The notes below the pieces were generated by a model. It saw only the letters and a program-made list of their open reading frames with translations, was not told where the DNA came from and searched no databases. A DNA stretch of 64,000 nucleotides from an uncultured Planctomycetaceae bacterium (GTDB lineage Bacteria; Planctomycetota; Planctomycetia; Planctomycetales; Planctomycetaceae): contig CAWFGE010000013.1 in assembly GCA_963815195.1 (NCBI GenBank), positions 192,001 to 256,000 on the forward strand, read 5' to 3'. A program made the position numbers and the translations under genes. Shown one piece after another: positions 8,009 to 19,114 of this stretch (its first letter is position 1; each line of letters begins with the position of its first letter).

Positions 8009-10631
8009 ATGAAACTCACACGGACTTTTGGATTGTTGGCCTGCCTGTTTGGGATGGCCTGGATGGTCCAAGCCGAACCGCCCATGCCGAACGACAACAC
8101 GGGTGCTCCCGTCGTCTCGATCGCCCCACCAGCGTTGCCGCCCAAGGCCTCGGCGAAATCGATTCTGCTTCGCACTCAGGTCCTTTGGCTTCCCGCGGAG
8201 GGATTCAAGGACTTCGCGGACGGGCCGAGGTTATTTGGACTGCATGTCGGGAGGCACGATGCCAAAGCTTACCGATTCGCGGTGACTCAGACGTTGGGAG
8301 GAAAGATTCTCGCGGAGCCCGTGCTCATCACGAAAGATGGCCGGTCTGCCACGTTCGTCTCGGGCGGAGAAATTCCCGCTCTGGCTCCAGGAGAAAAGAA
8401 GACGCGGGCCGATTGGCTCGCGTTTGGAACCAGGTTGGAGTTTTTGCCGCGCCTCAAGTCCGACGGCAAAATCTGGATGCGGTTCCGATTTGAGCAAACC
8501 CACCGTGTCGAGGACAAACGCGAGGAAACAGACGCCAAGCCGACTCCAGGGGCGGTTCAAACGCTGGCGCTGACGGCCGGTGCGGTCAGCGAGGGCGTGG
8601 CCACGGTGAAGCCGGGCGAATCGGCATTCGCGATCATCCCCGATTCCAAGGAGGGGAACTCTCCCGCAAAGAGCGGTGGCCTGGTGATGGTCTTCACGCC
8701 GGAGGTTGTCGACAAGGATCCAAATGTCACGCCTGCTTCCGCGGAAGAACCGGCGGTCGAATCCGCCCCGCAGATCGAGATTCAAACCGCCAACACCGCG
8801 AAGCTGGATTACAACGGGCGGACCGATCTCGATTTGGAGATTTCCGAAACCGGAACCATTGAATCGCCCGAACCCATCCGCCGCGTTTCGGGATTTCGTG
8901 CCGACTTGATCAGTGTTTCCGCGTTGAGCCCTCAGCAGTTGAAAATCCAGGCGAAACAGGTGGGCTCCACCGAGTTGACCGTGACCGATGCGAACGGAAG
9001 AGTGTTTCATGCATTTGTCCAAGTCAAGCCGGCGTTGGGAGCCCGAGCGGTCAAAGAGACATTAAGCCGCTTGTTCCCCGCCGCCCAGGTGGATGTGATC
9101 CTGCTGAACGAGAGCCTGTTGCTCCGCGGGTCGGTCACCAAGGAAGAACACATCCAGCAAATCACGGAAGTTGCCGAGCAATACGCACCGAAAGTTTTGA
9201 ATCATCTGAAAATGGACCAAACAGCCGACCGGGAATCAGGAACCTCGAAAGGGGCGGTTCTACAACTTAAGTCGGTCGATTCTCAGCCGGCAAATGAAGC
9301 CGCGAACCCGGCTTCGCCCGAAACGCAGGAAAGCGATGTGCAAGAACTTCGCCAGGACATCCAGGCTTTGCATAAGGATGTGAAGCAGTTGATTGAACTC
9401 TTGAAGCATAGAGAAGCCCAGGCACCAAAAGCCGCGGTACAGCCTTTCGCTCCCAGCTATGCCGATCCGAACGAGCCTTTGCCCAGACGGAGCCTTCCCA
9501 ATCCGAACGTTCCCGTCCCCCGTGCTATCGCGCCGCCTCGGCCCTCGCCTGGCCCATCTTCCTTCGGGCCGGATCCGTTTCCGGAACCGCCCGAGCGCGC
9601 GCTGAAATCCCGGCAAGACAAGGTGCAAACCAGACCGCTGCCGAAAGATTTTCCCGCGAGCGCAATTGTTGCGGTGCGGACGGCGAGAATCTCTTCACCC
9701 AACGATCCCCAGGGCATCGTGCGGGACGAGACCTTGGGCTCCGGCGTGGTGATCGAGTCGGAACCGGGCAAAGCGATTGTCCTCACCGCGGCTCACTTGC
9801 TGAAGAACTACATTCCCGGAAAATACGTGTTGCAGGTCGGCGCGGAAGAAATTGGACAAATCGGAAATCGCAACCGCCGGCTTTTATCCCGCGACAGTGA
9901 TTCTGCAAGACGACAACGCCGACGTCGCTTTGCTGCGTGCGAAAGTGCCGTTCGCTTTGGACACGATTCCCTTGGCAACGCACAGCCTGCCTGAAAAAAA
10001 GAGCACCGTCCGCTCTGTGGGCTTTCGGGAAAAACACACCGACCCATTAGAGATGGCTCTTTCCCAACCGCCTCGCATGTTGAACAGCCAAGTGGTGGAG
10101 GTCGATCGGTATCACGGCACGGAGAATTTTGAGTTCGCCGGCCTCATCCCGCAAGGGTTCAGCGGGGCCGCGGTCTTGGATAAGGACGACGAACTCATTG
10201 GCCTGGCCGTTGCGATCGATCCGCAAAAAAACCGCACCGTGTGCAGCCCGGCGGCGGAGATCCGCAAGCTCCTGGCCGGCACCGAGACAACCACGCCGGC
10301 TTCGCCCGAACGACACCGGGCCGTGTCGGCGGCGGACCAGGATTTCCCTTCCCAACCGTGGGTGGCGAAGGCGAAATATATCCTCCGCACCGAGGAAGCG
10401 ACCTATTATTTCGATGAGTGGAGTCCGGATCATCAAGACCAAGCGGTTCTATTCAAGCCCTTTGCCATGAAGCGTTTTCCCAACGGGGATTCCTCCAAAA
10501 GCCCCCTGCGAATTGTCAGCGATTCGGCCCGGTTGCGGTTTGAAAAGGACGTTGCTCTCACCAGCCCCAATGGACCCGGCAAACTTCTCGAAGCGAAGTT
10601 CCTGGGCACCGTTTGCCGGTTCGAGCCCTAA
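8009..10631 (+). CDS. Exported multidomain protein: secretin-like segment + CpaC/RcpA N-domain + BON + trypsin-like serine protease (frameshift near 9860)
   Basis: Signal peptide MKLTRTFGLLACLFGMAWMVQA; KILAEPVLITKDGRSATFVSGGEIP...FGTRLEFLP; IRRVSGFRADLISVSALSPQQLKIQAKQVGSTELTV; LLLRGSV...VLNHLKM; triad TAAHLL / DVALL / GFSGAAV. Confidence 0.75.
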
Positions 10632-10716
10632 TGCAAACTCAGCATTCGTCCCGCCGCGTGAACGCGAGGAACCCGCGTTGACGGAAACGATGTGCTGCGT
10701 CGCAACGGCAGGTCGG

Positions 10717-11628
10717 CTATTCATTAACGGTTTTCGTCCACTCGTGGTGCATAATGGAGGCAATCGCCACCGAGGCCAGGCGGGCCGCAGGTGGGTCCGA
10801 ACGCGACGGCAGGATGATGGGCACTTTCGCCCCGATCACAATCCCCGCCATCACGCCGCCGGCCAGGTACTCCAAATCTTTTGCGAGGATGTTTCCGGAG
10901 TTCAGCTCCGGTGCGAGCAGAATGTCGGCATCGCCCGCGACATCGCTGACGATTTCCTTGGTCTTTGCGGCTTCAAGCGAGATCGCGTTGTCGAACGCCA
11001 AGGGGCCATCGACCAGGGCGTGGCGAATCTGCCGCCGCTGCGCCATTTTGCTCAGACAGGCCGCATCGACCGTCGAGCCGATTTCCGGCTTGACCACTTC
11101 CACCGCCGAAAGGGCTGCGACTTTGGGCGTTTCCACGCCCAGCACGCGGGCCAGATCGACGGCATTCTGCACAATCGCCGCCTTTTGCATTAGATCGGGG
11201 GCGATATTGATGGCCGCATCCGTGATGAACAGCAGTTTGTGATACGACGCCAGATCAACCACGAAAACATGGCTCAGCCGCCGCGCCGTCCGCAGTCGGC
11301 TCAGCACCGGGTGCATCAACACGTCGGTGTGCAGCCAACCCTTCATCAGCCCAGTGACTTCGCCCGCGGACGCCAATTCCGTTCCTTGCCGCGCGGCGTC
11401 CTCTTCACTCATCGCATCGACGATGCGGCGCCCGTCCAGCGACACACCAACGGTTGCCGCCGTCGCTTCAATCCGCTGGCGGAGTCCGACAAACACCGGC
11501 GTCATCAGTCCCCGCTCCAGCGCCTGGGCGACCCCCTCCATCACATGTCGTTCGCCCGCATCCACCACTGCAATCGTCAACGGCGGAAGCTGCATGGCTC
11601 GTTCAATGAGTTTTTGAAGCCGCTGCAT
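10717..11628 (-). CDS. Phosphate acetyl/butyryltransferase (PTA_PTB family)
   Basis: LMKGWLHT, ITDAAINIAP, ALSAVEVV, VDGPLAFDNAIS, VAGDADILLAPELNSGNILAK, PIILPSRSD. Confidence 0.9.
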   Translation of the reverse strand: MQRLQKLIERAMQLPPLTIAVVDAGERHVMEGVAQALERGLMTPVFVGLRQRIEATAATVGVSLDGRRIVDAMSEEDAARQGTELASAGEVTGLMKGWLHTDVLMHPVLSRLRTARRLSHVFVVDLASYHKLLFITDAAINIAPDLMQKAAIVQNAVDLARVLGVETPKVAALSAVEVVKPEIGSTVDAACLSKMAQRRQIRHALVDGPLAFDNAISLEAAKTKEIVSDVAGDADILLAPELNSGNILAKDLEYLAGGVMAGIVIGAKVPIILPSRSDPPAARLASVAIASIMHHEWTKTVNE

Positions 11629-11682
11629 ATCGTTTCTCCTCTCGCCAAACGCGACGTCGATCTTCCCGAAGGTGATCGCAGA

Positions 11683-12117
11683 TTACGGTTCGCCCAGTCC
11701 CTCTTCGAGTTGTTTCAGAATTTCCCGCAGAGCCTTCAGCCTTTGGAATTGTTGCATGGCCAGCGGAATGACGGGGAGCAGGTCCGAATACCGCACGGGA
11801 TCCTGCAGCACGGCCAGCACATTGGCGGAGTTTGGGTGCTCTAACAATTGGCCGCCGTGCCGGCCGATGATCACGATCGTGGGAATGGCCGTTTCGCCGG
11901 AGGCTTGCTGCACGGCTTTAAGGCCCTCGTCGTCGGGAAGCATTTCCTGCACGATCATCAGATCGGGCCGGTTCTGCTGGGCTTGCTTGACGAGTTCGGC
12001 TGCGTTTGCAGCCTGAATACACACGGCGTGCCCCATGTGCACGACCGCCGCGTGCAATGTATTGCGGCTGTCCGCGCTCTTGTGGACAATCGCGACCTGA
12101 AGCTTGTCTTCTACCAT
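11683..12117 (-). CDS. Atypical receiver-domain protein (AmiR/NasT-like, no ANTAR domain)
   Basis: Receiver-like pattern with PDLMIVQEMLP (Q at the phospho-Asp position) and a coiled-coil AMQQFQRLKALREILKQLEE; AAGGA RBS. Confidence 0.65.
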   Translation of the reverse strand: MVEDKLQVAIVHKSADSRNTLHAAVVHMGHAVCIQAANAAELVKQAQQNRPDLMIVQEMLPDDEGLKAVQQASGETAIPTIVIIGRHGGQLLEHPNSANVLAVLQDPVRYSDLLPVIPLAMQQFQRLKALREILKQLEEGLGEP

Positions 12118-12366
12118 TCCTTGCCTCTGCCATCCCGCCAGGAATGTCGTCCCGCGTGTTGGAACCGCCCGCATGACAAAAAAACCCGGCATCCACCAAA
12201 TGTGGAAACCGGGCGATCATCGCGATGAATTTATTGCCTATCGTCGGCAGTTGACTTACCTTCATTATCATATCGCACATTTTGTTAGCAGGCAAGTTGA
12301 CAGGCTCTCGGATCTGCGAGATCCCTTTCGACCCGGCCAGGAACTTGGCGAATTTCGCACCGAGGC

Positions 12367-12507
12367 TCAAGAGGGGGGACGAGAACGCCGCTGGATCGCG
12401 ACAACGAGCAAAACGACGAGCAGCACCAGCAGGGCCAAGCCCAAAACCATGCCGATCCAGCCGATTCCCATCATCCAATTCCAACACGCGCGCATCATGG
12501 GTTGCAT
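12367..12507 (-). CDS. Small single-pass membrane protein (46 aa)
   Basis: GGAG RBS; MQPMMRACWNWMMGIGWIGMVLGLALLVLLVVLLVVAIQRRSRPPS. Confidence 0.6.
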   Translation of the reverse strand: MQPMMRACWNWMMGIGWIGMVLGLALLVLLVVLLVVAIQRRSRPPS

Positions 12508-12820
12508 GGCAAACTCCAAGTGGCCCGGTTCCACGAACTTTTTGTTTGGATCAGGGCGAATTTTCGCTCGGCAATTCGCCGTCCCGATCAAACTCACCCG
12601 ATTCATTCAATGATTTGAATCCTCGTGGAGAAAACCATCAGGGGACTCCCGCTCTTCGACCCAGGCGGATTTCCTATCCGAAGTGCATGGAGACTCCTCT
12701 TGCAAAAAATCCCAATCGGAACATGATGGAAACAGGGGCGAGGACGACAATTCTCACATTCGCAATGCTTCAAAGACAGAAAACCCCGAAGCCCAACTCA
12801 TTCCCACAAAGGAGGCCATT

Positions 12821-13411
12821 ATGAAACGCATGCTGTTGACTTTTTCGGGATTGGCACTTCTGCAGACCACGTTCATCGCGGCCGCGAATCAGCCGCCGCA
12901 AGGTGCGCCTCATCAACAACAACAACCAATGATGAACATGCAACGGATGATGCCGATGATGATGGAAATGCACAAACGCCATACCGCGACTGCCAATGCC
13001 TGGGCGGCGGGGCGAGACGGCGTCTTCGTGGTTCGCGATGGCAAACTTCTCAAGTACGGTGACAATCTCAAGATCGTGAAGACCGTTGACCTCCCCAAAG
13101 AGGAGATGCAAGACGCGGCACAGTCCTCGAAAACAGCCGCGGGGAAGTCCTCGTCAAATCGCCCCGCGAAACCGGGCCAGATGCAGCAGAAAATGAAGCA
13201 GATGATGGCCCAAATGCACGGCGGACTGCCGGTGGAGATTCACCTGACGAGGAAGGCGGTTTTCGTGTCCCAGGGGAACCACCTGTTGAGCTACGACCAC
13301 GATCTGAATTTGCAGGCCCAAACCGAACTCCCGGCCGTGCAGCCGAAGCCCTGTCCAATGTGCCAAATGATGATGCAAAAAATGCAGGAGAACCAGAACA
13401 ACGCCCCGTGA
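12821..13411 (+). CDS. Met/Gln-rich exported protein with a duplicated beta module and CPMC motif
   Basis: AAAGGAGG RBS; signal peptide; three Met-rich blocks; GVFVVRDGKLLKYGDNLKIVKTVDLP and AVFVSQGNHLLSYDHDLNLQAQTELP. Confidence 0.75.
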   Translation: MKRMLLTFSGLALLQTTFIAAANQPPQGAPHQQQQPMMNMQRMMPMMMEMHKRHTATANAWAAGRDGVFVVRDGKLLKYGDNLKIVKTVDLPKEEMQDAAQSSKTAAGKSSSNRPAKPGQMQQKMKQMMAQMHGGLPVEIHLTRKAVFVSQGNHLLSYDHDLNLQAQTELPAVQPKPCPMCQMMMQKMQENQNNAP

Positions 13412-13750
13412 GACTCCTTCACACTCTGCCTCATCCTTCTGGACGAAGTACGCCGGCGGCAAATCCTTCGCGAACACGTTTCAGCTCTCCGAACGTGAAA
13501 GACCGGCTGGACGACAGCCGTTTCGTTTATATCGCCGCCGGGATCAAGCCAGGAATCGGTCGAAAAGGTGTTCCGCGAGTTTCGGATTCGTTGTCAGCTG
13601 CGAGAATAACACATCCACGGGAGTCGGATGGGAACTCGCCCCGCGTCCCGTTTCCGCCGGCCGATGGTGCTGATCGTGCCCGTCGCTTCGCGGGATTATA
13701 ACCGTAGCGGGTGCCCCTGCAAAAAGGTACGCCAGTTCTCCATGTGAATT

Positions 13751-16700
13751 CTACGTTTGGATCGTGACCAACAGGTCGCCGGTTTCGACGTTCGTGCCGG
13801 GATGCACGTGGATCTCCGCCACTTGGCCCGCGGTCTCGGCGGCGATGATCGTTTGCATTTTCATGGCTTCGAGCATCAACAGTTTCTGGCCTTTGACGAC
13901 GGAATCGCCTTTCCGCACCGCGACGTTCACCACCATGCCGGGCATCGTCGCACCGACGTGGCCGGGATTCTTGGGATCGGCTTTGGGCCTCCGGGGCGTT
14001 TCGGGTTCCAAAGCGCGGTCGAGCACCGTGACCTCGCGCGGCTGGCCGTTGAGTTCAAAGAACACCGTCCTCCGGCCGTCTTCGTGCGGCTCGCCGATGG
14101 TCAAAAACTTGATGATCAGCGTCTTGCCCGGTTCGATGTCGGCTGCGATTTCCTCGCCGGGCTCGAGGCCGTAAAAGAACACGGGCGTCGGCAGGATGGA
14201 GGTGTCGCCAAACTTCTGCTGATGCTTCGCGAAATCGGTGAAGACCTCGGGATAAAGTAAATCGGAAAGGATTTCCCGCTGGCTCGGCTTGTGATCCAAG
14301 AGCGGGCGGATCGTCTCGGCGGTCTCGTCAAAGTCGGCCGCGGGCAGACTGGCACCGGGCCGGCCGCGGAGCGGTTTCTCGCCGCGGAGGATTCGTTCCC
14401 GCACCTTTTTCGGAAAGCCGCCCGGCGTTTGCCCCATCTTACCGCTGACCAATTCGACGACCGACTGGGGAAACGCAAGTTCCCGCGAGCCGGAGAGCAC
14501 ATCCTCGGCCGACATCTCGTTGGCAATCAGAAACAGCGCCATATCGCCGACGGCTTTCGAGGTGGGCGTGACTTTCACAATGTCGCCTAAGAGCGTGTTG
14601 ACATCGGCATAGACCCGGCAGACCTCGGCCCAGCGGTCGGCGAGGCCCAAAGCCCGCGCCTGCTGGAACAGATTGGAATACTGCCCGCCCGGCATCTCAT
14701 GCTGATACAAATCCGCTCCCGCCGGCAGCACCGGGCTTTCAAACGGACTGTAGAACTCGCGGACGGCCCGCCAATACTCGGCGAGTTGGTCGAGATGATC
14801 CGGGGTAAACCCGTGTCGCGCGCGGTGAACCGCAGAGCTTCGACGACGGTGTTCAAGTTCGGCTGCGACGTTCCGCCGGAGAGCGGGGCCATCGCGGCAT
14901 CGGCGATGTCCAGCCCGACTTCCGCCCCCTTGAGGATCGCCCCCGCCTGAATGCCCGCCGTGTCGTGCGTGTGGAAGTGGATCGGAATGCCGATCTCCTG
15001 CCGGAGCGTGCGGACTAAAATTTCGGCCGCGTAAGGCTTGCACAAGCCCGCCATATCCTTGATGGCCAGAATGTGCGCTCCCATCTGCTCGAGTTCCTTG
15101 GCCATCTCGACGTAGTATTTCAGATCGTACTTCGTGCGGTGCGGGTTGAGGATGTCCCCGGTGTAGCAGATGACGGCTTCGCAAATCGCGCCGCTCTTGA
15201 GCACCGCGTTCATCGCGACCTTCATGTTGGGAACCCAGTTCAGCGCATCGAACACGCGGAACACGTCGATCCCCGCATCAGCCGCCTCCGCGACGAAGGC
15301 TTTGACCACGTTGTCCGGGTAATTCGTGTAGCCCACCGCGTTCGAGGCCCGGAGCAGCATTTGAAACAGGATGTTCGGAATCCGCTCCCGCAATTCCGCC
15401 AACCGCTGCCAGGGGCTTTCCTTCAAAAACCGCATCGAGGTGTCGAACGTCGCCCCGCCCCACATTTCAATGGAGAACAGTTCGGGGCACAGCCGGGCAT
15501 AGGCGTCCGCGATTTGCAAGAGATCAAAAGTCCGCACCCGCGTGGCAAGGAGCGATTGATGGGCATCGCGGAAAGTCGTGTCGGTCATCAGCAGCTTTTT
15601 CTGGCCGCGAATCCACTTCGCGAACTCCTCGGGGCCGAGCCCGTGGAGCTTCTGCCGCATGCCGTCGGGGATTTTTTGGGACTCCTTCACCCGAGGCACC
15701 GGGGCGGGCGATCGGCGGATCGCGGGGGGCCGGTCTTTCACCAGCGGGTTGCCGTTGACGAGCACTTCCGCGAGATACGCGAGCAGCTTCGTGGCCCGGT
15801 CCCGGCGGGTCGGGAACTTGAACAGCTCTTTGGTCTCATCGATGAACCGCGTGGTGCAGCGGCCCTGCATGAAGGTCGGGTGCATCACGAGGCGGATCAA
15901 AAACGGGATGTTCGTCTTCACGCCGCGGATGCGAAACTCCTGCAGGCAGCGTTCCATCCGCCGGGCGGCATCGGGAAAGGCCCGCGCCCACGCCGTGACT
16001 TTGACCAACAGCGAATCGTAAAACGGCTGCACCACCGCCCCGGAAAACGCCGTCCCCGCATCCAGCCGAATGCCCATCCCGCTCGCCGAGCGGTAATGCA
16101 CAATCCGGCCGTAGTCCGGCATGAACTTGTTGGTCGGATCTTCGGTGGTGACTCGGCATTGAATGGCGAAGCCGTGCGTCGCCACCGCATCCTGCGACGG
16201 CAAACCGATGCCGGGGTCATCCAGCGGCAAGCCCTGGGCGATCTGGATTTGCGACTTGACCAGATCGACGCCGGTGACTTGCTCGGTCACCGTGTGCTCG
16301 ACCTGAATCCGCGGGTTGACTTCGATGAAATAAAACTGGTTGGTGTCGGTATCGACGAGAAACTCCACGGTCCCGGCGTTCTCGTATTGCACTTCGCTGC
16401 CGATCTTGATCGCCGCGTCGCAGAGAGCCTTTCGCACCGCGGGATCGAGATTCGGAGCGGGGGCGATCTCGACGACCTTTTGATGCCGGCGTTGGACGGA
16501 GCAATCCCGCTCGAACAGGTGCACCAGGTTTCCGTGGGAATCGCCCAGAATCTGGACTTCGATGTGCCTGGCCCGCTCGATGAATTTCTCGAGAAAGATT
16601 TCCGGGCTGCCGAAGGCGGTCAGCGATTCCCGCTGGGCCTGCTCGAAGGCGGACTCGAACTCGCCCGCTTCGCGGACGACGCGCATCCCGCGGCCGCCGC

Positions 16701-17202
16701 CGCCGTGGGCCGCTTTAAGGATGATCGGAAAACCGACTTTGGCTGCGAGTTTTTTCCCCTGCGCTGCGTCGCGGATGGCATTCTGGCTGCCGCCCAATAC
16801 GGGAACGCCGGCTTTCTCCGCGATGGTGCGGGCGGTGATTTTGTCGCCCAGTTGCTTGAGCGTCTCCACCCGCGGCCCGACAAACACAATTCCCGCATCT
16901 TCACACGCCTGGGCCAGCGCGGGGTTTTCCGAGAGAAAGCCATAGCCCGGATGGATCGCATCGATTTCGTGCTCTTTGGCTAGATCGATGATGGGCTCGA
17001 CGTTCAGATACGACTGAATCGGCTCGCCGGCTTTGCCGATTTCGTAGGCTTCATCGGCCTTGAAGCGGTGCAGCGCGTAGCGGTCTTCGTGGGAATAGAG
17101 GCCGACCGTGCGGATGCCCAGTTCGTGGGCGCTTCGAAAAATGCGAATCGCGATCTCGCTGCGGTTCGCGGCCAATAATTTGGTGATACGAGGCATACTC
17201 AT
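13751..17202 (-). CDS. pyc: Pyruvate carboxylase (one frameshift near 14808)
   Basis: ANRSEIAIR, HPGYGFLSEN, GGGGRGMR, ERDCSVQRRHQK, RDAHQSL, HFHTHDT, HEMPGGQYSNL, biotin motif EAMKM. Confidence 0.95.
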
Positions 17203-17557
17203 TAAAACCTTTGCGGGAAAAACCGACATGTATTGCCAGCGCGGGGGTCCGTCAAACAATCGAAAACGGATAACGCACCGATAGCGTTTCAGAGGCCGTT
17301 CCGCAAGCGCGGCGGCGGATGCCTTCCAAAATCGCCGCGAAGTGGCATTTCGAGCCGCTCAAAGCTGAGGATCCTCCCTCTACACGCGGAGGAATTCTGC
17401 TATCATCAACCTGCGAGCCGCTTCAATCGTTCTGGGGGCGGCTCGATTTTTATCCGTCACCTGTTGTCATTCCGCGGCCCACCCCTTGAGGACGGGCGAA
17501 ACTGCGCGGAATCCTCATCCCGATGCGTTTGTCTTGCCGTGATTGATCGAGGTCGGA

Positions 17558-18898
17558 ATGTACCAAGCCTTGATGTATCCCGAACTGAAGCTCCTCCTGG
17601 AAGAGAACGACGTGGCCGGCATGGCCGAGTTCTGCGACGTTCTGCACCCGGCGGTCACGGCGGAGGTCTTGGAAAAGCTCGATCCCGCCGAGGCCTGGAA
17701 GGTGCTCAAAACCAGCAAGCTCGAACGGCAGGTGGAGATTCTCGAATACATGAGCCTGCCGGGGCAGGTGGACCTGGTGAATTTCATCGACCGCAAGCGG
17801 CTCACGCGGCTCCTGGAGGAAATGTCGCCGGACGACCGCGTGGACCTCTTGTCCCGCATGAAGCCGGAGAAGGTCGAAAACCTGCTTCCGTCGATCGCCC
17901 AGGCCGAGCGCAACGACATCCGCCGGCTCTTAAGCTACCCGGAGCACAGTGCCGGGGCGATCATGACGACGGAATACGCCTCGCTGCCGGAGGAGATCAC
18001 CGCCCGCGAAGCCTTGGATCGGCTTCGCGTGCAGGCTCCGGACAGGGAGACGATTTATTACGTGTTTATCATCGATGAAGGCCGGCGGCTGCACGGATTG
18101 ATTTCGCTCCGCGATTTGATCCTGGCGAAACCGGCGCGAAACTCGCGGACATCATGCAGAAGGATGTGATCTCCGTCCGCGTGACCGACGACCAGGAAAT
18201 CGTCGCCCAGGAGCTTGCCCGTTACGACTTTCTCGCGATCCCGGTCGTCGACACCCAGAACCAGTTGGTGGGGATCGTCACGCACGACGATGTGCTCGAC
18301 GTGATTCGGGAAGAAGCCACCGAAGACGCCCAGCGAATGGGCGGGATGCAGCCCTTGGAAGACAGCTATCTCACCACGTCGTTGGTCACCCTGACGTGGA
18401 AGCGGGATCTGGCTGATGCTGCTTCTCGGGGCCGCCTTGGGAACGGCGACCGTGCTCAATCAGTACCAATCCGTCTCGGCCAAATATCCCTGGATGATTT
18501 TGTTCTTCCCGATGGTGCTCGCCAGCGGCGGGAACGCCGGCTCGCAGTCGGCCACGCTGGTGATCCGCACGTTGGCGTTGGGGGAAACCAGCGGGCGGAT
18601 CGCGATCCGCATTGCCATGCGGGAGTTGCTGCTCGCTTCGCAGTTGGGCGGGACGCTCGCGGTGATCGCGTTCGGCTTCGCGCTCATTTTTGAGGAGGCG
18701 CACCGCGCCGTCATCGTCGCGGGAACCGTGCTGTTGGTGGTCATCATGGGGGCGATCACGGGCGCGATGCTGCCGTTGGGCTTCAAGCGATTGGGAATGG
18801 ACCCGGCCCTGATGTCGAACCCTCTGATCGCCGCCATCTCGGATATGGTGGGCGTTTTGATCTATTACAACGTGGCCCTGTTGCTGTTGGGGCCGTAA
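17558..18898 (+). CDS. mgtE: Magnesium transporter MgtE (frameshifts near 18138 and 18405)
   Basis: MSPDDRVDLL, YPEHSAGAIMTTEY, CBS pair, GIVTHDDVLD, GGNAGSQS, DPALMSNPLIAAISD. Confidence 0.92.
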
Positions 18899-19114
18899 TC
18901 GAAAACGCAAACGCGCAAAGGTAGATCGCCGGGATCCATCAAATCGAAGCCCGAGCCGAAGGCGGCGTTCGGCCCGTTGCCGTTTTCGTCGCTGCGGTTT
19001 GGTTGGGTGGGAAGGAATGGCTCGCTTTACTCGAATGGGCCGCATGAGTAGAGTCGGTTGGGTTTCCTTTTCCGATCGATGGACTTCTTTGAGTTTTCCC
19101 AGCGAGAGTTTTTC

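Noticed and set aside
15073..16983. Long antisense ORFs (also 1523-2602, 28744-30375, 30513-32465, 32937-34484, 52003-53460, 62949-63917)
   Set aside because: Shadow ORFs opposite well-supported genes in GC-rich DNA; no motifs.
17260..17557. M-box (ykoK) riboswitch upstream of mgtE
   Set aside because: Only a generic ATTCCGCG/CGCGGAAT pairing; no recognisable conserved M-box motifs. An Rfam scan would settle it.
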